Positions 29,998-40,328 of a stretch of 64,000 nucleotides of DNA are shown piece by piece (position 1 is the stretch's first letter; every line of letters begins with the position of its first letter). Source of the stretch: Patescibacteria group bacterium (GTDB lineage Bacteria > Patescibacteriota > Minisyncoccia > Phycocordibacterales > Phycocordibacteraceae). Below the pieces are notes generated by a model. That model did no database searches. It saw nothing but the letters and a program-made list of their open reading frames with translations, and was not told the DNA's origin. The stretch covers positions 119,642-183,641 of the forward strand of contig JAZKAU010000002.1 in NCBI GenBank assembly GCA_040388985.1, read 5' to 3'. The translations under genes were made by a program, and so were the position numbers.

Positions 29998-30068
29998 GCG
30001 GGATTAGTTTAATGGTAGAACATCAGTTTTCCAAACTGAGAGCAGGAGTCCGATTCTCCTATCCCGCA
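29998..30068 (+). tRNA. tRNA-Gly(TCC)
   Basis: GCGGGAT/ATCCCGC acceptor stem; TCAGT-TTTCCAA-ACTGA anticodon arm; T-loop TCCGATT. Confidence 0.92.
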
Positions 30069-30189
30069 CATAACCATAACTCCATCCTCGTCTAATAATG
30101 TTTCTCGATGAGCCAACGAATGTTCGCGGGCTTAAAAGAGCGGAGGAATTTTGTGAACTCCTCCGATGACAGTTTCTTTCGGCAGGATG

Positions 30190-30531
30190 TCAGCCCGCCA
30201 CAGGGATGCCGTGCGCTTCATGCCAACCAGCGTATGTGCACGTGTCGGTTTCCGTGTGTTCCGTCACGTAGCGCCGGTATCGCCTGAACGCCGCCTTGTT
30301 CTTTCCGAAGTCATACATCGCCCCGCAGTCTGCGCACGAATGTGGGACTTCGCCTGCCAGGAACGCATCCAACGTCGCCTTAGGCACGGGCGGTTGCGGC
30401 CGCAGCTCTTTTGGCTGAAGGCACACGGCGCATTTGAAAGGGTTGGATGGGCGTGACAGGGTCATCATCATTTTCATTGCATTCTCCACGGGTTTGGGTT
30501 GTCTCAAGATCAGTCTCGATGAGGCTCCCAT
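30190..30531 (-). CDS. Hypothetical protein with two CxxC motifs (start uncertain)
   Basis: CAVC...CADC; downstream of 30595-30891. Confidence 0.45.
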   Translation of the reverse strand: MGASSRLILRQPKPVENAMKMMMTLSRPSNPFKCAVCLQPKELRPQPPVPKATLDAFLAGEVPHSCADCGAMYDFGKNKAAFRRYRRYVTEHTETDTCTYAGWHEAHGIPVAG

Positions 30532-30594
30532 TCGTATGCGCGAATCGTTGCCTCAATGAAGGGCAGGAATTACTTCCTGCCAGTCAGCACTTAT

Positions 30595-30891
30595 TCACGC
30601 TTTCGGATCGCGATCCCACGAGGGGTCGCATCCCCAGGATTTGCATACCTCAGCGTGAATCTGGACCACTCTTTCTCGGACCCTTGTCGGAGTGTCGGAG
30701 GGGAAATCCAGCTTGACGATCGTGCCGTTGTTGAAGAGAGGGAGGTCGATTTTTTCACGAAGCGCGGCCTCGATATCCTTTTCCTCGTACCCCGACTCCG
30801 TCTGTGCCTGAGCAAGCAGCTCGAGAAGTTGCTTGAAGGGGCAGCACAGCAGTCGGTGGCGAAGGTCATCGCGCTCTATTTGGGTAAGCAT
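30595..30891 (-). CDS. Hypothetical protein
   Basis: MLTQIERDD... with GGGGAG SD; divergent from the TrmB gene at 31024. Confidence 0.55.
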   Translation of the reverse strand: MLTQIERDDLRHRLLCCPFKQLLELLAQAQTESGYEEKDIEAALREKIDLPLFNNGTIVKLDFPSDTPTRVRERVVQIHAEVCKSWGCDPSWDRDPKA

Positions 30892-31023
30892 GCTGGTCTC
30901 CCCGATTGGTTGAAGGTGCTTTACTTCTAGAGTAACTATATTATAATTAATTGGTAATGTCAAAAAGTACTGATGATATAAAAGCGATATAATTGTATTG
31001 ATAAACAATGCTAATATAGATAT

Positions 31024-31791
31024 ATGTCAAAGAAGACTGATGAAGTCGATTCAGAGGAATTGCTTAAAAAATTAGAAGAGATAGGTCTTTCTAAGAAGGA
31101 AGCCCAGGTATATCTGGCCCTTTTGCCACGTCGGGACACGGGAACTTCTAACATCATCCGTGCCACAGGACTCCATGGGCAGTTCGTCTACGATGCTCTG
31201 GAACGTCTTGAGACACTCGGCCTGGCGAAACATGTCATCCAGAAAGGCAGAAAGAAATTTAGTGCGAACACACCCGGCAGACTCATCGCTCTTGTTGATG
31301 AGAAGCGACTAGCCGCACACTCGATTGCGCGAGAACTTCAAAGTCGCTTCCAGGGGGCGCACGAGCAAGATTTCGAAGTGTATCAAGGGCGCGACGCGTT
31401 CGTTGCGCATGAATTTGAGCTTATGCAAGAAATGCCCGAAGGCTGCACAATCGATATTCTTGGTGGGGGTGGTAGTAAATATATGGGGATACTCGCGGAA
31501 GAAATGAATGAGCTGGAGATTCTTCGCAACAAGCGCGGCATCAAGATTCGCTACATAAGCACGGTGAGCCAGGGGGAGTCACTCCGAAAAATGGCAGGGA
31601 ACAGGAAGAACTTTGAGTATCGAATCTTTCCGAACCTTGAAGGCGGCATTATAGACACCGATATCTGGCCCGACAGGCTGATCTTGCAGTTCTATGGCGA
31701 ACCCATCCTCTCATTCTCTATTACGAGTAAGGAGATAGCAACCAGCTATCGCGAATTCTTTAACGCGCTTTGGACTTTGTCGAAACCTTAA
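31024..31791 (+). CDS. TrmB-family transcriptional regulator, class A
   Basis: IGLSKKEAQVYLALL...TGLHGQFVYDALERL; VYQG; IATSYREFFNALW. Confidence 0.88.
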   Translation: MSKKTDEVDSEELLKKLEEIGLSKKEAQVYLALLPRRDTGTSNIIRATGLHGQFVYDALERLETLGLAKHVIQKGRKKFSANTPGRLIALVDEKRLAAHSIARELQSRFQGAHEQDFEVYQGRDAFVAHEFELMQEMPEGCTIDILGGGGSKYMGILAEEMNELEILRNKRGIKIRYISTVSQGESLRKMAGNRKNFEYRIFPNLEGGIIDTDIWPDRLILQFYGEPILSFSITSKEIATSYREFFNALWTLSKP

Positions 31792-31864
31792 AGAGAGAAA
31801 CTGACTTCGGCTCTACCTGCATATTACTGAACAACGCGTACGAGCTGATCTACTAACTTCCACA

Positions 31865-32275
31865 CTAGTTACTAGCCTTTACCAAAGCCAACACCCTTTC
31901 TTTAATCTCCGCCCCGACTTCCTTCTGGACTTCTTCTGAGGCTGAGACAATGTCCGGAATATCAGACCAATTAATAAGTTTTTTGGCTTTTTGTACAAAG
32001 CCAGGTAAAGGGTAGGTGGTAAGTATCACAACAATGTCGGCCTTCGTTACCATTTCTTTCGTAAGCCACTTACGCTTTTGAGAATGCGCATCAATTCCAA
32101 AATGTTCTAGAAGTTCATGTACCATTGCCGGCACCTCCATATCGATACCCTGTATGGAGTTAATGAGATCAACTCCGGCGCTCGAAGCGCTTTCGGTTGT
32201 CGAAAGATGACGGTAGAACGCCTCGGCGATCTGACTTCTGATCGCATTCGCACGACAGATAAAGAGAGTTTTCAT
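31865..32275 (-). CDS. LMW-PTP/ArsC family protein
   Basis: LFICRANAIRSQIAEA (CX5R), SAG, WSDIPD. Confidence 0.85.
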   Translation of the reverse strand: MKTLFICRANAIRSQIAEAFYRHLSTTESASSAGVDLINSIQGIDMEVPAMVHELLEHFGIDAHSQKRKWLTKEMVTKADIVVILTTYPLPGFVQKAKKLINWSDIPDIVSASEEVQKEVGAEIKERVLALVKASN

Positions 32276-32276
32276 A

Positions 32277-33038
32277 TTAATCCGAGATCTTTTTAGTGAA
32301 GAGAAGACCGTTATCTAGCGCTGCAAGATAGTAGCTCTTTACGCGGTGATCAGTTCGAGTCTTGGGTAGATGAGTGCCGCAGACTTTCTGTAGGTAATCT
32401 TCCATCAAGTGGCCGTAGTCGTTAATATTGTCAGCTACGATAAGTCCGTCGACGGACATAAGGGGAATGAGCTGCTCTAGGTACTTGCCGTAATTTTCCT
32501 TATCGGCGTCGAGAAACACAAAATCAATCGGCCCGTATTGCCAGTTCCTCAGTACTGCAGACGCTTCTGCTTCGATCAGATTTATATTTTTAACCCTTGC
32601 TCCCGTAAAGTACTTTCTCGCTAACTTGGCCTTTATGGGAAGAAGTTCAATGGTATGTACGACTCCCCCGGTAATGCTGGCAGCATGAGAGAGATGTAGG
32701 GCTGCGTAGCTAGCAGAAGTACCAATTTCGAGAATCGTCTTAGCGTCGGTGAGAATGACCAGGTTCTCAAGTACCTGGGCACTCTTAGCAGGGACGCTCC
32801 AGAGTTTTATACTTTCTCCCCCGTGCTTACGTCCGTAGGTGTGTGCTGCGTCAGCGTCGGTATACTCCCAAGAGTCTTCAATTAATTCGATATCCTCAAT
32901 GGCCTGGCGCATAGAGCGTGATTTTTCTTCAAAGAGCCTTTCCCCACCTTTGTTTGATACGGATATTCCTAGTCGAGCTAAGACCAGCCTACTGATGACC
33001 TGAGTATCTATATGTTCTAGTGCAGTCAACATGCTCAT
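32277..33038 (-). CDS. Class I SAM-dependent O-methyltransferase (YrrM/CCoAOMT-like)
   Basis: ILEIGTSASY, DFVFLDADKENY, LIVADN; TAATG overlap with the upstream gene. Confidence 0.85.
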   Translation of the reverse strand: MSMLTALEHIDTQVISRLVLARLGISVSNKGGERLFEEKSRSMRQAIEDIELIEDSWEYTDADAAHTYGRKHGGESIKLWSVPAKSAQVLENLVILTDAKTILEIGTSASYAALHLSHAASITGGVVHTIELLPIKAKLARKYFTGARVKNINLIEAEASAVLRNWQYGPIDFVFLDADKENYGKYLEQLIPLMSVDGLIVADNINDYGHLMEDYLQKVCGTHLPKTRTDHRVKSYYLAALDNGLLFTKKISD

Positions 33039-34012
33039 TACTCGGTTAGGCTCTTGAAGAAAGCCGGGCCTCCACCCCAGATCGGTCCACCAGAACACTG
33101 AACGGCCGCAGCACCTGCTTCCAAGTAGTCAGATACGTCTTGAGTGGTAAGCACGCCCCCACAACCAATGATATCGACCGCAAGGTCGTGAGCCCTTAAG
33201 AATCTTATAGTCTTGAGATTCCCGGCCTTAAGAGCTCGCCCCGAGAGTCCTGCGCTCCTACTGACCGTTCCATCAGCTCTTTTAATCTGGATTTCTGTAC
33301 CGCGGACGACTTGCGGAAGGCCGTTTGAGACGATAACGGCTGAGATAATCTCGGAGTATTCTTTCAATAGTTTTTGCAATTCATCCATAAAGGTCTCGGT
33401 AACAGTAGGGCAGTCACTAAAATCATAAGACGGATACTCAGCACCAAGCTGTGTGAGATCATTACTGGTTAGATACGGGGATAGCTTGAACCAGAGGGGT
33501 TTGGTAACTGACAGTTTCTTGATCTCGATAAATAGCTCCCTCAATGAATGAATTGAGTACGCAAGCGGCGCATGTCCCATAGTCGGACAGCTGCAATTTA
33601 TTTCGATTGCGCCTACTCGTGATACATTCTGATGCGTTGCGATAGCTTTAAGAGAACGAAGATATTCATCCGTGCTATATCCCGCAATGCTGATGACTAT
33701 CGGCTTCGGAGAGTTGGGTGGAAGGTTATCCATTGTATCGATAATGCCCAAATTGCGCATGCCATTAGCATGCAGCCCTCCCTCGGCGAAGAACGTTTGG
33801 TAAGCGCCATGCACTCCCGGCCAATTCAGCACGCCGGCATTCCCCGTACGCTCATTAGGAGTGATAGAACCGATGGTCACTGCTCCTACTACGTCTACGA
33901 TATTAAGATAATCCTTAATATCTGGTGAGAGGGGAGACTTTACTACGCCTCCACCCAGGAAGACAGGGGAGCTAACGCTTAGGCCTCCCACGCGGTATCT
34001 TTTCATTGACAT
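33038..34012 (-). CDS. Dihydroorotate dehydrogenase-like FMN protein
   Basis: NANGMRNLG-like, EINCSCP, KPLWFKLSP, GLSG..LK, IIGCGGV, GA.AVQ. Confidence 0.8.
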   Translation of the reverse strand: MSMKRYRVGGLSVSSPVFLGGGVVKSPLSPDIKDYLNIVDVVGAVTIGSITPNERTGNAGVLNWPGVHGAYQTFFAEGGLHANGMRNLGIIDTMDNLPPNSPKPIVISIAGYSTDEYLRSLKAIATHQNVSRVGAIEINCSCPTMGHAPLAYSIHSLRELFIEIKKLSVTKPLWFKLSPYLTSNDLTQLGAEYPSYDFSDCPTVTETFMDELQKLLKEYSEIISAVIVSNGLPQVVRGTEIQIKRADGTVSRSAGLSGRALKAGNLKTIRFLRAHDLAVDIIGCGGVLTTQDVSDYLEAGAAAVQCSGGPIWGGGPAFFKSLTE

Positions 34013-34111
34013 AAGTATAATAGATTGCATAAATACATACAAAAATGTATACAGATTATCAAAAAATATGATTTTACTGTTATAATATATAGTATTAATG
34101 TTGTTCAAGTT

Positions 34112-34852
34112 ATGGACAGAAATATAAAGATACTGGAAGAATTTGGACTTTCTGAAGAAGAGGCGCAGGTATATCTGGCTGGCCTCTCCCTTGGGCCCAC
34201 TACTATTCTCAAATTAGCTAAGACGGCTGAGGTCCAGCGGACTTCTGTGTACCGAGTAGTCGAATCGCTGCGCCAACACGGTCTGATGAAAACCGAGCTC
34301 AAGGGCTTGAAGAAGCTTTACGCGGTTGAAAGTCCACATAACCTGAAACGGGTCCTCGAGGAGAAGGTGGAGCAAATGAACGATATCCTTCCCGGATTGC
34401 TATCGATTTATAAGAAGCAAGGTAAGGATACGCTGATTAAATATCACGAGGGGATAGAGAGCGTTAAGAGCGTATACGAATCTCTTTTGCGTGAGAATCG
34501 TAGCGGAGAGCCATATTATGTCATCTCCTCTCATCAAGAATGGTACAAGCTGGATGAAAAATGGTTTGAAGATTTTTCTGAACGTAGAAACCGAGAGCAT
34601 TTCGACTTCAGATTTTTCCTTCTTGATTCTGAACCAGCGCGCTTGCTTAAGGAGCGAGAGGAAGCTCTAGGTATAAAGGTAAAGATATTACCTTCTAGCC
34701 TTGATTTCACTTCGATACTTATCCTGACAAAGGATAAGATTTACATTCATAACTTCGAACCGCCGATCGAAGGCCTGGTGATCGAGAACCAGGACATGAT
34801 CACCATGATGCTGCAGGTATTTAAAATAATGTGGGAAGCAATCCCCGAGTAG
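34112..34852 (+). CDS. TrmB-family transcriptional regulator, class A
   Basis: FGLSEEEAQVYLA.L.LG...LAK...VQRTSVY; YHEGIESVK; IENQDM...FKIMW. Confidence 0.9.
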   Translation: MDRNIKILEEFGLSEEEAQVYLAGLSLGPTTILKLAKTAEVQRTSVYRVVESLRQHGLMKTELKGLKKLYAVESPHNLKRVLEEKVEQMNDILPGLLSIYKKQGKDTLIKYHEGIESVKSVYESLLRENRSGEPYYVISSHQEWYKLDEKWFEDFSERRNREHFDFRFFLLDSEPARLLKEREEALGIKVKILPSSLDFTSILILTKDKIYIHNFEPPIEGLVIENQDMITMMLQVFKIMWEAIPE

Positions 34853-34861
34853 CTAAGTCAA

Positions 34862-35581
34862 TCACTTCAAACTCCGCCACTCCTTATCAAATATATCTTC
34901 GTGATATTCGGCGATCATGTCGTTCGCTATAAGCACACCGAACAGATTTTCGAATGAGATAAGTGCCACGTGACCGTTAAAGACGATCATATTGATTGCC
35001 GGCGTGTATCCCTTCTCTAGGAATCGATATCGGTAATTCTCGCTTCCCTTATATTTTCTACGTTTTACTCCCAACTCTGTCCTTTCGATAAGCACCTTCG
35101 CATCAATACCTTTTTCTTTCACTCTTTCGACGAATCTGTCTTCCTTTGCAGCAAAGACTTCCAGATACTTATCTGGAGAGAAGATACTTTTTATATATCC
35201 CGCCTTCTGCACAATTTCCGTGTATAAGTCTTGCAGCCCGTCCTTATCCTGATATAGCGTAATGCTCGGCGTCTGCTTCACCGATGAAAAGACGACGGTT
35301 AGCGCTTCCAAGTTCTTCTCAAATTCAAATGCTGCGCTGTGATACTTCGTTACGAGCGATTTCGGATTTTCTGCCAAATAATACAGTCGTTTCCCGAGTA
35401 CGGTCTTCTTTATATAGTTCTTCTCCAAGAGATTCTCTAGATACGCATACAGCGTCGTCCTGTTTATCCTTGTCGCACTCGATATGCCTGCCAGATTTAG
35501 TCGGCCTCCTCGCAAGATAGCCAGGTATACGCGAGACTCATTCTTTGTCAGGCCCAACTTCTCCAATCCCTGGGTTTCCAT
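34862..35581 (-). CDS. TrmB-family transcriptional regulator, class A
   Basis: LGLTKNESRVYLAIL...INRTTLY..LENL; GVLIANDMIAEY...IFD.EW. Confidence 0.9.
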   Translation of the reverse strand: METQGLEKLGLTKNESRVYLAILRGGRLNLAGISSATRINRTTLYAYLENLLEKNYIKKTVLGKRLYYLAENPKSLVTKYHSAAFEFEKNLEALTVVFSSVKQTPSITLYQDKDGLQDLYTEIVQKAGYIKSIFSPDKYLEVFAAKEDRFVERVKEKGIDAKVLIERTELGVKRRKYKGSENYRYRFLEKGYTPAINMIVFNGHVALISFENLFGVLIANDMIAEYHEDIFDKEWRSLK

Positions 35582-35771
35582 CCATATACAGTATGCCTAT
35601 ATGAATAAATGTCAAAAATAATGAATCTTTTATCTATATAACTTAATAAGATGGCTCATTACATAGCTAATAAAACAGAATATTTGAATATTTTGTCAAT
35701 AAATAATAAGGTCACCGCAGAAGGGAAGGCAGCCTCTTCAACGACTCGATTCGCTGTTTGGGAGAGAAACG

Positions 35772-36146
35772 ATGGGAAACGTTCGTGATCAAGGAAGAAA
35801 AATTAGGATTCTCGAATCTGCTTACCGTGTGGCAGATGCCTTCGCAAGAGCAATCTTAGTAGCGGTCCTAACGGCTTTGACTGTTGTGATTGGACTTCTA
35901 GGTGCTCAGCTTGGAGCTGTCTGTGGTGCCGTCGCATGTGCACTCGTAGGCGTCCTCTTGGTTGTCACTACTGTGTTCCTTTGCGTGTTAAGTATCGGTG
36001 CACTGGAACCGTTCCCTGATCCTCAACAGCTCGAAGCTATGTGGGCATGGGGGTGGGCTGCAGGAGGCTGGGTTGGGGCGTTCTTGCCTCCAATGATCTT
36101 CTTGTGGACGTTGTTCCTACTTCTCAACCGTGAAGATTACCCGTGA
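35772..36146 (+). CDS. Small membrane protein
   Basis: About three TM segments, GGGAGA SD; divergent from the TrmB gene. Confidence 0.6.
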   Translation: MGNVRDQGRKIRILESAYRVADAFARAILVAVLTALTVVIGLLGAQLGAVCGAVACALVGVLLVVTTVFLCVLSIGALEPFPDPQQLEAMWAWGWAAGGWVGAFLPPMIFLWTLFLLLNREDYP

Positions 36147-36278
36147 AAAATAATTAGAATCGGTCGCTCCATCTATGGGGCGACCGATCTACATATCGAG
36201 ACCGATCACTCATGATAAACGAGCAAGCTTAAACGAAAATCTCTCAATAGCAGTTCATTCATAGGGTAGAATATCCAG

Positions 36279-37403
36279 ATGCAACTTCCTCGTTACGAAT
36301 ACAGCCGCAGCAAGATCAAAGAGCGTCTCGACTATCTGATTAGTCTCTCCGCGCCCTATGGGCTCACGGTGCGCTTTGCCGCCAAGGCTAATCCGCATCC
36401 GGAGGTGATTAGCTTGATGCGTGAAGCGGGACTCCACTTTGATGCGAGTTCGAGTTATGAAGCTGCAGAGCTTATGCAGCAAGGCGTGCCAGGCAGCTCG
36501 ATATCCCTCTCGTCGCAGCAATCGCCACATAACCTCCCGGAACTGCTGAAGGAGGGAGTCCTATTCGTGGCGACGTCTCTCAAACAGCTCGGGGTATTCC
36601 TTGCGACCGAGGACCGGCCGAATACGGTAGGCATACGCATTAACCCGAGTACGGGCCACGGACACAATAAGCGCACTACTACCGGGGGAGTGAGCGCCAG
36701 CTTCGGCATCTGGCACGAATACGCGAAGGAGGCGGTGGAGATAGCGCGCGCAGAAGGGGTGTTAGTCGACCGTATACATATTCATGTGGGCTCAGGCGCG
36801 GATCCTGCCGTATGGGGAGGCGTCATGGACCGGTCGCTCGAAGTTATGGAAGAGTTCGAGCACGCGACATCTCTCGACATCGGCGGCGGATTCAAGGTGG
36901 AGCGATACGAGGGAGAACAAGAAGCGGACCTCAAGGCAATCATGGCGGTATTTGCAGAGAAGCTGGTAGCCTTCAAGGAACGGACCGGGCGCGAGCTACT
37001 GCTCGAGATAGAGCCGGGCACGTATGTGATGGCGCACGCAGGTACCTTGGTCGCGCACGTCGACGATATCGTCGACACGGGCAGCGATGGGCACACGTTC
37101 TTGCGGCTCACTACCGGCATGAACGACTTCATGCGAAGCGCTCTCTATGGCGCACGCCATCGTATAGAAGTAATGAATGATGCGCAGACGACGAAAGAGT
37201 ATATCGTCGTAGGTCATAACTGCGAATCGGGAGATATATTCACCCCGGCGCCAGGGAATCCTGAAGAGATCGAAACACGAACACTCAAAGAAGCCGCTAT
37301 CGGAGACGAGGTGCGCATATACGACACCGGCACCTATTGCGCGAGCATGCGAGTGAAGGGATACAACTCATTCCCTGATGCGACAGAGGTGGTGGTCGAT
37401 TGA
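36279..37403 (+). CDS. lysA: Diaminopimelate decarboxylase
   Basis: FAAKANP, FDASS.YE, HIHVGSG, DIGGGF, EIEPG, GHNCESGD, GTYC.SM..YNS. Confidence 0.88.
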   Translation: MQLPRYEYSRSKIKERLDYLISLSAPYGLTVRFAAKANPHPEVISLMREAGLHFDASSSYEAAELMQQGVPGSSISLSSQQSPHNLPELLKEGVLFVATSLKQLGVFLATEDRPNTVGIRINPSTGHGHNKRTTTGGVSASFGIWHEYAKEAVEIARAEGVLVDRIHIHVGSGADPAVWGGVMDRSLEVMEEFEHATSLDIGGGFKVERYEGEQEADLKAIMAVFAEKLVAFKERTGRELLLEIEPGTYVMAHAGTLVAHVDDIVDTGSDGHTFLRLTTGMNDFMRSALYGARHRIEVMNDAQTTKEYIVVGHNCESGDIFTPAPGNPEEIETRTLKEAAIGDEVRIYDTGTYCASMRVKGYNSFPDATEVVVD

Positions 37404-37429
37404 GAGTAGCGCAGCTCGGGATATAAAAG

Positions 37430-37457
37430 TTCAGGCGGCCGGAAGTGGCCGCCTGAA
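37430..37457. terminator. Hairpin between convergent genes
   Basis: TTCAGGCGGCC-GGAAGT-GGCCGCCTGAA. Confidence 0.6.
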
Positions 37458-37476
37458 AGGCAAGTGGGGGGCATGA

Positions 37477-37863
37477 TCACGTCGGACGTTCGACCAGATT
37501 CCCGTCTTCGTCGATGTGCAGCTTTTCGAGTTCGTCCTTGAGTTCGAGAATGTAGGCGTCCGCCATGTCCTCGAACCTCGTGGAAGTGCTCGCGCGCAAT
37601 TTGCGCAGCAGATCCTTGTAGAAGCGAAGCGTGAAGATCAGCGCACCGAAGGTCGCTTCCAGGCAGAAGCTCTCGGATTGCCCGGTGTCGCCAGCGAGTA
37701 CACGTTCCATCTGGGCGATCTCGTGCTCGAGGCCCGTCTCAATGGTCGAGTGCTTGCCAGCTTCGATCTCCAGCTGCAGGAGGCGCAGAGAGTCTTCCCC
37801 GAATTCGATAAGCGCGTCTACTCCGCGCTTCCTAAATCCACACGGTGGCATACAGTTCTCCAT
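37477..37863 (-). CDS. Hypothetical helical protein
   Basis: 128-aa ORF divergent from the class-B regulator. Confidence 0.55.
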   Translation of the reverse strand: MENCMPPCGFRKRGVDALIEFGEDSLRLLQLEIEAGKHSTIETGLEHEIAQMERVLAGDTGQSESFCLEATFGALIFTLRFYKDLLRKLRASTSTRFEDMADAYILELKDELEKLHIDEDGNLVERPT

Positions 37864-37982
37864 ATCTGTTGAGCCAAGAACTGACCCGAAACAAATATAA
37901 TATTTTGTCAATCATCGCAAAAGAAATAAGGCTATTTTAAGTATTTTTTGAATATAAAGTGCAAAATGATAGCATCATCTCA

Positions 37983-38783
37983 ATGCTATATAGCGCCCGC
38001 CGGAGCCTTGAAGACCGTGTCACCGAGCTAGTCATGTCAGGACCGACTTCAATCAAGAAACTGCATGCGCAACTGCAAGCGGTAGACTCGCCGCTCAGCT
38101 TACGAGCCGTATATAAGGCGGCCAACCAGCTCGTCGACTCAGGAGTGCTGTTGAAGGCAGGAAAGATACTGCGAATCAACGAAGAATGGGCGCGAGCCAT
38201 CCGGAAACATCTGGCGCCCGTGGTTTCACTCAAGCTCGCAGCAGGGGAGCGGATGACGCATTCCTTTACCTCCATCGCGCATCTCGATGCATTCTGGACA
38301 ACGATAGCATTCCAACTCGAAGAGTTAGAAAAGGACGGTCAGATCTTTTTCTACAATCCGCATAATTTCTGGGCATATATCCCGGAACGAAGAGAACAGG
38401 AGAATGCGTACTATTCTCACTTTACAGACTCGAAATTGCACGCCTTCTTCACTCTCGGTGGCGAATCGGCCGCTGATCTTGAGTTCAAGAGAAGCCATCA
38501 AAATCAATACTTGCAGATAGACACACGAAATATTCCTTCTTTGCCCAGGACTGACCACATTACGATAATGGGTGACTTCATAATCACGGTGCGCATACCG
38601 AAAGTGCTCTCAGCCCGCATCGACGAGCTTTATTCGTCCGGAAACTCCATAAGCGAATTACTGCCCATACTCATAAAGCTATACAGAACAACGTTCTCGA
38701 GCAGGTTCGTTCTGGAACACAATCCAACCAAGGCAAAAAAGCTCAAAAAGATGCTCTCGACCAACTTCTACTTTCCGAGATAG
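37983..38783 (+). CDS. wHTH transcriptional regulator, TrmB-like class B
   Basis: Paralog of 11263-12087 (GP.S, AVYKA..L, INEEW, HLDAFW, FYNPHNFW, TLGG). Confidence 0.7.
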   Translation: MLYSARRSLEDRVTELVMSGPTSIKKLHAQLQAVDSPLSLRAVYKAANQLVDSGVLLKAGKILRINEEWARAIRKHLAPVVSLKLAAGERMTHSFTSIAHLDAFWTTIAFQLEELEKDGQIFFYNPHNFWAYIPERREQENAYYSHFTDSKLHAFFTLGGESAADLEFKRSHQNQYLQIDTRNIPSLPRTDHITIMGDFIITVRIPKVLSARIDELYSSGNSISELLPILIKLYRTTFSSRFVLEHNPTKAKKLKKMLSTNFYFPR

Positions 38784-38818
38784 GCCGCTCGGCTTCCTGT
38801 GGTACCATAATCAGCACT

Positions 38819-39040
38819 ATGAGCGAAAGATTTGATCGATATCTACCAAGACAAGAGAAACCCCTAGACTCAGGTATTCTTCCGGACGCGATCCCTGACA
38901 TTGAAAGGACCGCTACTCAATTACGAGAGCAAGGGGCGGCCCGCGGGCTCGTTGAGGCAGGTACTCTAGGACCAGATGAAAGGAATGCGCTTGCCGAGGT
39001 ACTTTCTGGCATTCCAGGCCGTAATCTGGGGATTGAGTGA
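38819..39040 (+). CDS. Small hypothetical protein
   Basis: 73 aa; CATAAT just upstream; followed by a hairpin at 39067-39109. Confidence 0.5.
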   Translation: MSERFDRYLPRQEKPLDSGILPDAIPDIERTATQLREQGAARGLVEAGTLGPDERNALAEVLSGIPGRNLGIE

Positions 39041-39134
39041 TATATCGCCTTACACCCTCGCCAGGCAAAACGAACGAGCGGCCACTTATAGTGGCCGCTC
39101 TTTCGTTTTGCCCTCAGAAGCGTACACTTTTTAC

Positions 39135-40328
39135 ATGGAACCGCTCGCGAACAAACTACGGCCGAAGACATTGGACGAGATTAACGGCCAGGAGCATTTG
39201 GTAGGCGAGGGGAAGCCGTTACGCGTCGCCATAGAGAAGAAACATCTCTTCTCCTTCCTCCTGTGGGGCCCGCCGGGCACTGGTAAGACGACTATCGCCC
39301 GCATCTACGCACGAGCGCTCGACGCGGAGCTGCACGAGCTCTCAGCGGTGTCAGCAGGCAAAGAAGACATACGCAGGATAGTGGAAGGAGACGTACCGAA
39401 GGGTCGTAAACGAACGGAGCAGGAGCCGTTCGAGTCAGACGCATTCCGCGGGAAGCCGAAGCTCCTGTTCTTGGATGAGATCCATCGCTTCAATAAGAGC
39501 CAGCAAGATTTCCTTCTCCCGTATGTGGAGAGCGGTCAGCTTACGCTCATCGGTGCTACGACTGAGAATCCTTCGTTCGAGGTCATACCCGCGCTCCTCT
39601 CTCGCTCTCGGGTGTTTGTACTAGAACCATTAAGTGAAGAGGCCCTGCGTGCCATCGTAAAGCGCTCGAAGATGAAGCTCGGGAAGGATGCATTCGAGTG
39701 GCTGCTCGGCTATAGCAACGGGGATGCACGGCGTGCGCTTACCTTGCTCGACAGCACGAACAGTCTCTACGGAAAGATAACGGTCGAGAACCTGAACAAG
39801 GCGCTCGAGTCTCCGCATCTGCGCTACGACAAGAAAGGCGACGAGCATTACGACACCATCTCAGCCTTCATAAAAAGCATGCGCGCCAGTCAGCCTGATG
39901 CCGCAGTCTATTACCTCGCGCGTATGGTGGAAGCGGGAGAAGACCCGCTCTTCATCGCGCGCCGCATGGTAATCTTCGCGTCCGAAGACATCGGGCTCGC
40001 TCAGCCTACCGCCCTCGTGGTCGCAAACGCCGTATTCCGCGCCTGCGAGACGGTCGGCTATCCAGAATGCTCCATTAACCTCGCGCACGGCGTCGCATAT
40101 CTCGCTAACTGCAAGAAGACGAAGTCTGCGTATGAAGCGTTACGAGAGGCGCAGGCTGATATCCGTGCCTACGGCAACCTCCCTATTCCCAAAAAGATCC
40201 GTAACGCGCCCACCAAGCTCATGAAAGACCTCGACTATGGAAAGGGATATGAACGGTATGACGATGAGAGCTATATGCCCGATAAGTTGAAGAATAAGAA
40301 ATACTTCAAGAATTCAGATTCCGCTTAG
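39135..40328 (+). CDS. rarA: Replication-associated recombination protein A
   Basis: [59 protein letters not shown]. Confidence 0.96.
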   Translation: MEPLANKLRPKTLDEINGQEHLVGEGKPLRVAIEKKHLFSFLLWGPPGTGKTTIARIYARALDAELHELSAVSAGKEDIRRIVEGDVPKGRKRTEQEPFESDAFRGKPKLLFLDEIHRFNKSQQDFLLPYVESGQLTLIGATTENPSFEVIPALLSRSRVFVLEPLSEEALRAIVKRSKMKLGKDAFEWLLGYSNGDARRALTLLDSTNSLYGKITVENLNKALESPHLRYDKKGDEHYDTISAFIKSMRASQPDAAVYYLARMVEAGEDPLFIARRMVIFASEDIGLAQPTALVVANAVFRACETVGYPECSINLAHGVAYLANCKKTKSAYEALREAQADIRAYGNLPIPKKIRNAPTKLMKDLDYGKGYERYDDESYMPDKLKNKKYFKNSDSA

